Below, piece after piece: positions 1 to 6,134 of a stretch of 9,431 nt of DNA. This stretch comes from a virus (Duplodnaviria > Heunggongvirae > Uroviricota > Caudoviricetes). The translations under genes and the position numbers were made by a program. The stretch covers positions 1 through 9,431 of the IMG/VR virus record IMGVR_UViG_2778261165_000011; one strand, 5' to 3'. The notes beneath the pieces were generated by a model, which saw only the letters and a list, made by a program, of their open reading frames with translations, had not been told where the DNA came from and did not search any database. The stretch's first letter is position 1, and each line of letters opens with the position of its first letter.

Positions 1-232
1 GCTTGCGGGCGTTCATGCTCAGAAACAAGGTTGGGACAAGCACTTCCAGGCTAACACAGTCAGAAATCGAAACGTACTCTCAACAGTTCGCTTAGGCATG
101 GAAGTTTTGCGGCATTCTGGCTACACAATAACAAGGGAAGACTCACTCGTGGCTGCAACCCTGCTTACTCAAAATCTATTCACACATGGTTACGTTTTGG
201 GGAAATTATGAGGGGATCTCTCAGCGCTAAAC

Positions 233-763
233 ATGAAAAAAGATTCGTATCCTTATTTGATTTGCATGACAGTTTCAGGCCTGATCTTTATTTTCCTTTT
301 CTTCTGGTGGCGGGCAGATATTTACAGGGTCACGTTTCTTAATCAGAGTATATCCCACTATTACATTCTGTTTAGCATGGGAATAGCTTTTCTGTTATCT
401 CTGTTTTGGGTTAAGAAGGGGATAGTAAAACAAAGCGGCTGGAAGAGTCTGTCAGCATACCTTAAGGTTTATGCAGGGATGTGCATATTTGCTGGATTTT
501 TTCTGATTATACCCCTTACAACACTAACTTATTTTTTGCCTGGAGAGACATCGTCTTATGTTGCACCGTATCGGTATACTTCCGGTAGTTCAAAAAGTTG
601 TTCTGGAGCTGAGGTGGATGACCCCGATCTACATGAGAATATTCGCATTTGCTATCCGTATGGCAATTATGAGTACGATAATATTATCTATGTTGAAAAG
701 AAAATTAATACATTAGGTGCGGTAGTAACATATGCACAGACCGCGCGTGATGATACTGAATGA
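233..763 (+). CDS. Hypothetical integral membrane protein: three predicted N-terminal TM helices plus a ~70-aa Cys-containing soluble tail
   Basis: 176-aa ORF in AT-rich DNA, on the opposite strand to the surrounding leftward operon. Hydrophobic stretches PYLICMTVSGLIFIFLFFWW, YYILFSMGIAFLLSLFWV and VYAGMCIFAGFFLIIPLTTLTYFL. Followed by a hairpin at 798-821. No strong Shine-Dalgarno before the ATG, which lowers confidence. No lambda counterpart recalled. Confidence 0.45.
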   Translation: MKKDSYPYLICMTVSGLIFIFLFFWWRADIYRVTFLNQSISHYYILFSMGIAFLLSLFWVKKGIVKQSGWKSLSAYLKVYAGMCIFAGFFLIIPLTTLTYFLPGETSSYVAPYRYTSGSSKSCSGAEVDDPDLHENIRICYPYGNYEYDNIIYVEKKINTLGAVVTYAQTARDDTE

Positions 764-797
764 GATAGTATATAGCGGGCAAGTTTTAGTTAATTTA

Positions 798-835
798 TCG
801 AGGTAATATAATTTACCTCGACTCGTTTATTCTGG
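798..835 (+). terminator. Candidate intrinsic terminator after the 233-763 gene
   Basis: 9-bp inverted repeat tcgaggtaa (798-806) / ttacctcga (813-821) with a 6-nt loop, followed by T-rich ctcgtttattctgg. Confidence 0.4.
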
Positions 836-973
836 TATTAATATTTCGCTTTACGATCGATTTTTATCTGATGATATCATGCGGTTTTCATATACTGACT
901 TACTGTCTTTTCTCCGTTAGCGATTTTCTCCTGCTCAGCGATGATTTTATCTTTGGCTTCTAGTTAATTTCGC

Positions 974-1195
974 TCACTTCGAACCTCTCTGTTTACTGAT
1001 AAGCTCCAGATCCTCCTGGCAACTTGCACAAGTCCGACAACCCTGAACGACCAGGCGTCTTCGTTCATCTATCGGATCGCCACACTCACAACAATGAGTG
1101 GCAGATATAGCCTGGTGGTTCAGGCGGCGCATTTTTATTGCTGTGTTGCGCTGTAATTCTTCAATTTCTGATGCTGAATCAATGATGTCTGCCAT
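974..1195 (-). CDS. TraR/DksA-family C4 zinc-finger protein (lambda orf73-like)
   Basis: 73-aa ORF with two CxxC pairs (CCECGDPIDERRR ... CRTCASC), the signature of TraR/DksA-type zinc fingers. Size and position (left of the orf61/63/60a cluster) match lambda orf73 from memory. Confidence 0.7.
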   Translation of the reverse strand: MADIIDSASEIEELQRNTAIKMRRLNHQAISATHCCECGDPIDERRRLVVQGCRTCASCQEDLELISKQRGSK

Positions 1196-1244
1196 CTTCC
1201 ATTAATCCCTGAATTGTTGGTTAATACGCTTGAGGGTGAATGCG

Positions 1245-1271
1245 AATAATAAAAAAGGAGCCTGTAGCTCC
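1245..1271 (-). terminator. Candidate intrinsic terminator between the 1294-1605 ORF and the TraR-like ORF
   Basis: Minus-strand sense: hairpin GGAGC-uacag-GCUCC (1271 down to 1257) followed directly by UUUUUUAUUAUU (1256 down to 1245). Confidence 0.5.
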
Positions 1272-1293
1272 CTGATGATTTTGCTTTTCATGT

Positions 1294-1605
1294 TCATCGT
1301 TCCTTAAAGACGCCGTTTAACATGCCGATTGCTAGGCTTAAATGAGTCGGTGTGAATCCCATCAGCGTTACCGTTTCGCGGTGCTTCTTCAGTACGCTAC
1401 GGCAAATGTCATCGACGTTTTTATCCGGAAACTGCTGTCTGGCTTTTTTGATTTCAGAATTAGCCTGACGGGCAATGCTGCGAAGGGCGTTTTCCTGCTG
1501 AGGTGTCACTGAACAAGTCCCATGTCGGCAAGCATAAGCACACAGAATATGAAGCCCGCTGCCAGAAAAATGCATTCCGTGGTTGTCATACCTGGTCTCT
1601 CTCAT
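1294..1605 (-). CDS. Hypothetical protein at the position of lambda orf61
   Basis: 103-aa ORF whose start overlaps the end of the orf63-like ORF by 20 nt, the arrangement recalled for lambda orf61/orf63. It is longer than the 61 aa expected from lambda. Confidence 0.45.
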   Translation of the reverse strand: MRETRYDNHGMHFSGSGLHILCAYACRHGTCSVTPQQENALRSIARQANSEIKKARQQFPDKNVDDICRSVLKKHRETVTLMGFTPTHLSLAIGMLNGVFKER

Positions 1606-1777
1606 CTGCTTCTGCTTTCGCCACCATCATTTCCAGCTTTTGTGAAAGGGATGCGGCTAACGTATGAAATTCTTCGTCTGTTTCTACTGGTATTGGCACA
1701 AACCTGACTCCAATTTGAGCGAGGCTATGTGCCATCTCGATACTCGTTCTTAACTCAACGGGAGATGCTTTGTGCAT
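1586..1777 (-). CDS. Small early protein, lambda orf63-like
   Basis: 63-aa ORF at the position and length expected for lambda orf63 relative to exo; overlaps both neighbours as in lambda. Confidence 0.5.
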   Translation of the reverse strand: MHKASPVELRTSIEMAHSLAQIGVRFVPIPVETDEEFHTLAASLSQKLEMMVAKAEADERDQV

Positions 1778-1938
1778 ACAGCTCCCCGTTTATTATTTAT
1801 CTCCTCAGCCAGCCGCTGTGCTTTCAGGGGATTTCGGATAACAGAAAGGCCGGGAAATACCCAGCCTCGCTTCGTAACGGAGTAGACGAAAGTGATCGTG
1901 CCTACGCGGATATTATCGTGAGGATGTTTCATCGCCAT
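1750..1938 (-). CDS. Small early protein, lambda orf60a-like
   Basis: 62-aa ORF immediately downstream of exo on the minus strand. Using the third codon (M at 1932) gives the 60-aa form with an ATGA-type overlap with the exo stop. Confidence 0.45.
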   Translation of the reverse strand: MAMKHPHDNIRVGTITFVYSVTKRGWVFPGLSVIRNPLKAQRLAEEINNKRGAVCTKHLPLS

Positions 1939-2609
1939 TGCTCCCCAAATACAAAACCAATTTCAGCCAGTGCCTCGTCCATTTTTTCGATGAACTCCGG
2001 CACCATCTCGTCAAAACTCGCTATATACTTTTCATTCCGCTCAATCACGACATAATGCAGGCCTTCACGCTTCATACGCGGGTCATAGTTGGCAAAGTAC
2101 CAGGCATCTTTTCGCGTCACCCACATGCTGTACTGCACCTGGGCCATGTAAGCCGACTTTATGGCCTCGAAACCACCGAGCCGGAATTTCATGAAATCCC
2201 GGGAGGTAAACGGGCATTTCAGCTCAAGGCCATTGCCGTCACTGCATAAACCATCGGGAGAGCAGGCGGTGCGCATACTTTCGTCGCGATAGATGATCGG
2301 GGATTCAATAACATTTACGCCGGAAGTGAACTCAAACAGGGTTCTGGCGTCGTTCTCGTACTGTTTTCCCCAGGCCAGCGCTTTAGCGTTAACTTCCGGA
2401 GCCACACCGGTGCAAACCTCAGCCAGCAGGGTGTGGAAGTAGGACATTTTCATGTCAGGCCACTTCTTTCCTGATCGGGGCTTTGCTATCACGTTGTGAA
2501 CTTCTGAAGCGGTGATGACGCCGAGCCGTAATTTGTGCCATGCATCATCCCCCTGTTCGACAGCTCTCACGTCGATCCCGGTACGCTGCAGGATAATGTC
2601 CGGTGTCAT
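1929..2609 (-). CDS. exo: Lambda exonuclease (Red alpha), 5'-3' dsDNA exonuclease
   Basis: 226-aa ORF, near-identical over its full length to recalled lambda Exo ([65 protein letters not shown]... FVFGEQWR). Start overlaps the bet stop. Confidence 0.95.
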   Translation of the reverse strand: MTPDIILQRTGIDVRAVEQGDDAWHKLRLGVITASEVHNVIAKPRSGKKWPDMKMSYFHTLLAEVCTGVAPEVNAKALAWGKQYENDARTLFEFTSGVNVIESPIIYRDESMRTACSPDGLCSDGNGLELKCPFTSRDFMKFRLGGFEAIKSAYMAQVQYSMWVTRKDAWYFANYDPRMKREGLHYVVIERNEKYIASFDEMVPEFIEKMDEALAEIGFVFGEQWR

Positions 2610-3391
2610 GCTGCCACCTTCTGCTCAGTGGCTTTCTGTTTCAGGAATCCAAGAGCTTTCACTGCTTCGGCCTGTGTCAGTTCTGACGATGCGCGAATGT
2701 CGCGGCGAAATATCTGGGAACAGAGCGGCAATAAGTCGTCATCCCATGTTTTATCCAGGGCGATCAGCAGAGTGTTAATCTCCTGCATGGTTTCATCGTT
2801 AACCGGAGTGATGTCGCGTTCCGGCTGACGTTCTGCAGTGTATGCAGTATTTTCGACAATGCGCTCGGCTTCATCCTTGTCATAGATACCAGCAAATCCG
2901 AAGGCCAGACGGGCACACTGAATCATGGCTTTATGCCGTAACATCCGTTTGGGATGCGACTGCCACGGTCCGGTGATTTCTCTGCCTTCGCGGGTTTTGA
3001 ATGGTTCGCGGCGGCATTCATCCATCCACTCGGTAACGCAGATCGGATGATTACGGTCCTTGCGGTAAATCCGGCATGTACAGGATTCATTGTCCTGCTC
3101 AAAGTCCATGCCATCAAACTGCTGGTTTTCATTGATGATGCGGGACCAGCCATCAACGCCCACCACCGGAACGATGCCATTCTGCTTATCAGGAAAGGCG
3201 TAAATTTCTTTCGTCCACGGATTAAGGCCGTACTGGTTGGCAACGATCAGTAATGCGATGAACTGCGCATCGCTGGCATCACCTTTAAATGCCGTCTGGC
3301 GAAGAGTGGTGATCAGTTCCTGTGGGTCGACAGAATCCATGCCGACACGTTCAGCCAGCTTCCCAGCCAGCGTTGCGAGTGCTGTACTCAT
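2606..3391 (-). CDS. bet: Red beta single-strand annealing protein
   Basis: 261-aa ORF matching recalled lambda Bet ([86 protein letters not shown]...). Confidence 0.95.
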   Translation of the reverse strand: MSTALATLAGKLAERVGMDSVDPQELITTLRQTAFKGDASDAQFIALLIVANQYGLNPWTKEIYAFPDKQNGIVPVVGVDGWSRIINENQQFDGMDFEQDNESCTCRIYRKDRNHPICVTEWMDECRREPFKTREGREITGPWQSHPKRMLRHKAMIQCARLAFGFAGIYDKDEAERIVENTAYTAERQPERDITPVNDETMQEINTLLIALDKTWDDDLLPLCSQIFRRDIRASSELTQAEAVKALGFLKQKATEQKVAA

Positions 3392-3396
3392 CCGTT

Positions 3397-3693
3397 TTAT
3401 ACCTCTGAATCAATATCAACCTGGTGGTGAGCAATGGTTTCAACCATGTACCGGATGTGTTCTGCCATGCGCTCCTGAAACTCAACATCGTCATCAAACG
3501 CACGGGTAATGGCTTTTTTGCTGGCCCCGTGGCGTTGCAAATGATCGATGCATAGCGATTCAAACAGGTGCTGGGGCAGGCCTTTTTCCATGTCGTCTGC
3601 CAGTTCTGCCTCTTTCTCTTCACGGGCGATCTGCTGGTAGTGACGCGCCCAGCTCTGAGCCTCAAGACGATCCTGAATGTAATAAGCGTTCAT
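3397..3693 (-). CDS. gam: Gam, RecBCD inhibitor (98-aa GamS form)
   Basis: 98-aa ORF matching recalled lambda GamS ([21 protein letters not shown]...[10 protein letters not shown]). The longer GamL frame is not intact here (see findings). Confidence 0.9.
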   Translation of the reverse strand: MNAYYIQDRLEAQSWARHYQQIAREEKEAELADDMEKGLPQHLFESLCIDHLQRHGASKKAITRAFDDDVEFQERMAEHIRYMVETIAHHQVDIDSEV

Positions 3694-3768
3694 GGCTGAA
3701 CTCCTGAAAATGGCTGTGAAAATATCGCCCGCGAAATGCCAGGCTGATTAGGAAAACAGGAAAGGGGG

Positions 3769-3912
3769 TTAGTGAATGCTTTTGCTTGATCTCAGTTTCT
3801 GTATTAATATCCATTTTTTATAAGCGTCGACGGCCTCACGAAACATCTTTTCATCGCCAATAAAAGTGGCGATAGTGAATTTAGTCTGGATAGCCATAAT
3901 TGTTTGATCCAT
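3769..3912 (-). CDS. kil: Kil, host cell-division inhibitor
   Basis: 47-aa ORF from the ATG at 3912 ([47 protein letters not shown]), matching recalled lambda Kil. The 89-aa ORF in the supplied track is an upstream in-frame extension through cIII. Confidence 0.8.
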   Translation of the reverse strand: MDQTIMAIQTKFTIATFIGDEKMFREAVDAYKKWILIQKLRSSKSIH

Positions 3913-4045
3913 TTTTCGGGACTCCTGGCTGATTAAGTATGTCGATAAGGCGTTTCCATCCGTCACGTAATTTACGGGGGATTCGTTCAAGTAAAGATTC
4001 GGAAGGGCAGCCAGCAACAGGCCACCCTGCAATGGCATATTGCAT
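3881..4045 (-). CDS. cIII: cIII, inhibitor of FtsH-mediated cII degradation
   Basis: Hand translation of the minus strand from the ATG at 4045 gives MQYAIAGWPVAGCPSESLLERIPRKLRDG..., ending ...YGYPD* at 3881; 54 aa, matching recalled lambda cIII. Below the size cut-off of the supplied ORF track. Confidence 0.8.
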   Translation of the reverse strand: MQYAIAGWPVAGCPSESLLERIPRKLRDGWKRLIDILNQPGVPKNGSNNYGYPD

Positions 4046-4117
4046 GGTGTGCTCCTTATTTATACATAACGAAAAACGCCTCGAGTGAAGCGTAATTGGT
4101 ATGCGGTAACGCCGCGC

Positions 4118-4486
4118 TCAGGCGGCTTTGATAGTCATATCATCTGGATCAAATATTCCTGATGTATCGATATCGGTAATTCTTATTCCTTCGCTACCAT
4201 CCATTGGAGGCCATCCTTCCTGACCATTTCCATCATTCCAGTCGAACTCACACACAACACCATATGCATTTAAGTCGCTTGAAATTGCTATAAGCAGAGC
4301 ATGTTGCGCCAGCATGATTAATACAGCATTTAATACAGAGCCGTGTTTATTGAGTCGGTATTCAGAGTCTGACCAGAAATTATTAATCTGGTGAAGTTTT
4401 TCCTCTGTCATTACGTCATGGTCGATTTCAATTTCTATTGATGCTTTCCAGTCGTAATTAATGATGTATTTTTTGATGTTTGACAT
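4118..4486 (-). CDS. ea10: Ea10-like early protein
   Basis: 122-aa ORF at exactly the position and length of lambda ea10 relative to cIII/kil/gam/bet/exo. GAGGA Shine-Dalgarno upstream. Confidence 0.7.
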   Translation of the reverse strand: MSNIKKYIINYDWKASIEIEIDHDVMTEEKLHQINNFWSDSEYRLNKHGSVLNAVLIMLAQHALLIAISSDLNAYGVVCEFDWNDGNGQEGWPPMDGSEGIRITDIDTSGIFDPDDMTIKAA

Positions 4487-4503
4487 CTATTCATATCCTC
4501 ACA

Positions 4504-4532
4504 GATAAAAAATCGCCCTCACACTGGAGGGC
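4504..4532 (-). terminator. Intrinsic terminator upstream of ea10 (tL2-like)
   Basis: Minus-strand sense: stem GCCCUC-cagugu-GAGGGC (4532 down to 4515) followed by GAUUUUUUAU (4514 down to 4505). Position corresponds to the lambda tL2 region. Confidence 0.5.
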
Positions 4533-4668
4533 AAAGAAGATTTCCAATAATCAGAACAAGTCGGCTCCTGTTTAGTTACGAGCGACATTGCTCCGTGTAT
4601 TCACTCGTTGGAATGAATACACAGTGCAGTGTTTATTCTGTTATTTATGCCAAAAATAAAGGCCACTA

Positions 4669-4766
4669 TCAGGCAGCTTTGTTGTTCTGTTTACCAAGTT
4701 CTCTGACAATCATTGCCGTCGTTCGTATTGCCCACACCATTGATTCTTATCAATAGTCGCAGTCAT
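4669..4766 (-). pseudogene. ral: ral (restriction alleviation) remnant with internal frameshifting deletion
   Basis: From the ATG at 4766 the frame reads MTATIDKNQWCGQ then YERRQ*. A different frame reads (M)VWAIRTTAMIVRELGKQNNKAA* ending at 4669. These match the N- and C-termini of recalled lambda Ral (66 aa); ATG-to-stop is only 98 nt. Confidence 0.6.
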
Positions 4767-4836
4767 ACGGATAGTCCTGGTATTGTTCCATCACATCCTG
4801 AGGATGCTCTTCGAACTCTTCAAATTCTTCTTCCAT
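4750..4836 (-). CDS. 28-aa acidic peptide (lambda orf28-like)
   Basis: ATG at 4836 preceded by GAGGTGA Shine-Dalgarno; encodes MEEEFEEFEEHPQDVMEQYQDYPYDCDY*. Its 3' end overlaps the ral ATG, the same arrangement as lambda orf28/ral. Confidence 0.4.
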   Translation of the reverse strand: MEEEFEEFEEHPQDVMEQYQDYPYDCDY

Positions 4837-4894
4837 ATCTCACCTCAAATAAGTGGTTTGCTGCCTAATTTCATTTTCTGGCGACCAACACAAG

Positions 4895-5167
4895 TCATCT
4901 TGCTGTCAGCTGTTTGGATTTCCTGTAGCCTGCCGCGTAAATGGCTACATTTGGAAGACAAGTTGAGCCTTCATATTTTCTGGTCAACGTTGTCAGTGTT
5001 ATTACTTCTGCTCTCATTACTGGTTTGCGTTTGCATTGTAAGACCACTCGTGAAGGGGTTGGCCTGTGTAGTTTGTCAGAGCTGATCGCCTCCTGACTTT
5101 GCAGGTTTGCACGACGAGCTCTACGGCGAGAAGCTGCGGTGCCTTTAAATTCTGTTTTTCTGGACAT
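4895..5167 (-). CDS. N: N-like transcription antiterminator (non-lambda type)
   Basis: 90 aa from the internal ATG at 5167, preceded by GGAGG at ~6-nt spacing. N-terminal arginine-rich motif MSRKTEFKGTAASRRRARRANLQ. First gene downstream of the predicted PL and nutL. The supplied 114-aa ORF is an N-terminal over-extension. Confidence 0.65.
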   Translation of the reverse strand: MSRKTEFKGTAASRRRARRANLQSQEAISSDKLHRPTPSRVVLQCKRKPVMRAEVITLTTLTRKYEGSTCLPNVAIYAAGYRKSKQLTAR

Positions 5168-5265
5168 AGATTCCTCCCGAATAAACTTTGGCGATGCAAT
5201 CTCGAAGCTCCTCCTGAGCCGGTTGCTTCGGCATTGCATCCCACAGCTTATGTGGTTGGGTGGTC

Positions 5266-5311
5266 TGGCTTTTCAGCCACGTAGTCGAGTGTTCGACGTT
5301 GTTTAAAGAGC
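5266..5311 (-). promoter_or_regulatory. nutL candidate (boxA-like plus boxB-like hairpin)
   Basis: Minus-strand sense: GGCUCUUUAAA (boxA-like, 5311-5301), then hairpin GUCGA-acac-UCGAC, then UGGC-UGAAAA-GCCA (5279-5266). The last element parallels the hairpin in nutR. Confidence 0.5.
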
Positions 5312-5349
5312 CTGCCAGTCTGTTCCATTTGGCTTCCAGCGTCCTGCTG

Positions 5350-5386
5350 ATGATTAAATAGTACGATATGTACTTTATCTGGTCAA
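5350..5386 (-). promoter_or_regulatory. PL candidate promoter
   Basis: Minus-strand TTGACC (-35, 5386-5381), 17-nt spacer, TACTAT (-10, 5363-5358); about 40 nt upstream of nutL. Confidence 0.5.
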
Positions 5387-5570
5387 TACGATTTGTTCTA
5401 TTGAGGGGTGGTTTTTTACAACGCTTTGTATTTAATAGTGTTGTTTTTTAGCGTGGGTGTATTGCCTCGGCGATGTAGGGAGAGATCAGAATTGCGTTGT
5501 TTAGTGAGTTGTATCTATTAATTTTAAAATAAATACAATTGGTTATGTGTTTTTTTGGGGGCGTTAGGCA

Positions 5571-5595
5571 AAGAAAACCCGGCGCGGAAGCCGGG
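5571..5595 (-). terminator. Intrinsic terminator ending the cI-side leftward operon
   Basis: Stem cccggc (5578-5583) / gccggg (5590-5595) with loop gcggaa. On the minus strand the hairpin is followed by UUUUCUUU; it lies 5 nt after the stop of the 177-aa ORF. A T-run on the plus side (5606-5611) suggests weak bidirectional activity. Confidence 0.6.
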
Positions 5596-5600
5596 TTGTC

Positions 5601-6134
5601 TCATTTTTTAGTTTGCTTTGGATTCGGTTTGTCTCTTCTTCCAATTATAAACACGCTAGTTAAAGCAACTAACTCAGCACCAAGAAGCCCGGTAGCCCAG
5701 CCATAAGCCTCGTGCTGAATCATCTTGTAAGCAATTCCTGCGAAAACAAAGACAGAAGTCATCGCAAAGATCTGTCCGAGTCGATCTCGCCAAATTGCTC
5801 CCCTCTGTCCTGCTTTGTAATACTCGTGTCTGTGTTTTTGCTCAGCCTTAGCCATGTCCATTATTTCGCGAGCGAATCCTGGAGATATTCTTTCGTACTT
5901 AGCTAATTCGTCAGCGTCTGGGAGTGGCCCTGATCTAGTGTGAGTCACCTGCATCATGATGCCAGCTAGATCTGGCCTGTCCATGAGGCGCTCAAGAACT
6001 TGAGGGTTCTTTGCGACCTCATTTATAAGCAGTTCGGTTTTACCGTCTTGAACTCGCCCTAACGGAGTTGGTTGGTTAACAAGATTTCTCGGGGCGGCGG
6101 TTTGAAGCTTTCTTTGGGATTTTTTTCTGCTCAT
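5601..6134 (-). CDS. Hypothetical membrane protein with two C-terminal TM helices, at the position of lambda rex
   Basis: 177-aa ORF: basic N-terminus (MSRKKSQRKLQTAAPR), charged central region (ELAKYERISPGFAREIMDMAKAEQKHRHEYYKAGQ), then IFAMTSVFVFAGIAYKMI and WATGLLGAELVALTSVFIIG. No similarity to recalled RexA or RexB. Weak Shine-Dalgarno; possibly translationally coupled. Confidence 0.55.
   Translation of the reverse strand: MSRKKSQRKLQTAAPRNLVNQPTPLGRVQDGKTELLINEVAKNPQVLERLMDRPDLAGIMMQVTHTRSGPLPDADELAKYERISPGFAREIMDMAKAEQKHRHEYYKAGQRGAIWRDRLGQIFAMTSVFVFAGIAYKMIQHEAYGWATGLLGAELVALTSVFIIGRRDKPNPKQTKK

Noticed and set aside
1-232. Possible 3' end of an upstream gene or a promoter for the membrane-protein ORF
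   Set aside because: No open frame persists across the window edge without stops, and no convincing -35/-10 pair was identified.
840-973. Repeated GATTTT(T)ATCT-like motifs and a short TGATATCA palindrome downstream of the TraR-like gene
   Set aside because: The copies are short and degenerate in AT-rich DNA, with no consistent spacing; indistinguishable from chance.
1522-2055. Plus-strand ORFs 1522-1707 and 1729-2055
   Set aside because: Antisense to the orf61/orf63/orf60a/exo cluster, with no ribosome-binding site or homology evidence.
1938-3665. Alternative-frame ORFs overlapping exo, bet and gam (1938-2249 +, 2512-2778 +, 2535-2828 +, 2923-3243 -, 2954-3253 +, 3237-3509 +, 3351-3665 -)
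   Set aside because: All are embedded in or antisense to confidently identified lambda genes and have no independent support.
3769-4038. 89-aa ORF from the supplied track
   Set aside because: It is an upstream in-frame extension of kil that overlaps cIII in a different frame. Kil is the 47-aa product starting at the ATG at 3912 (MDQTIMAIQ...).
4783-5284. ORFs 4783-5085 (+), 5017-5244 (-), 5099-5284 (+), and the 114-aa extension of N (to 5239)
   Set aside because: They overlap the N gene and the nutL region. The internal ATG at 5167, which has a GGAGG Shine-Dalgarno, is the more plausible N start.
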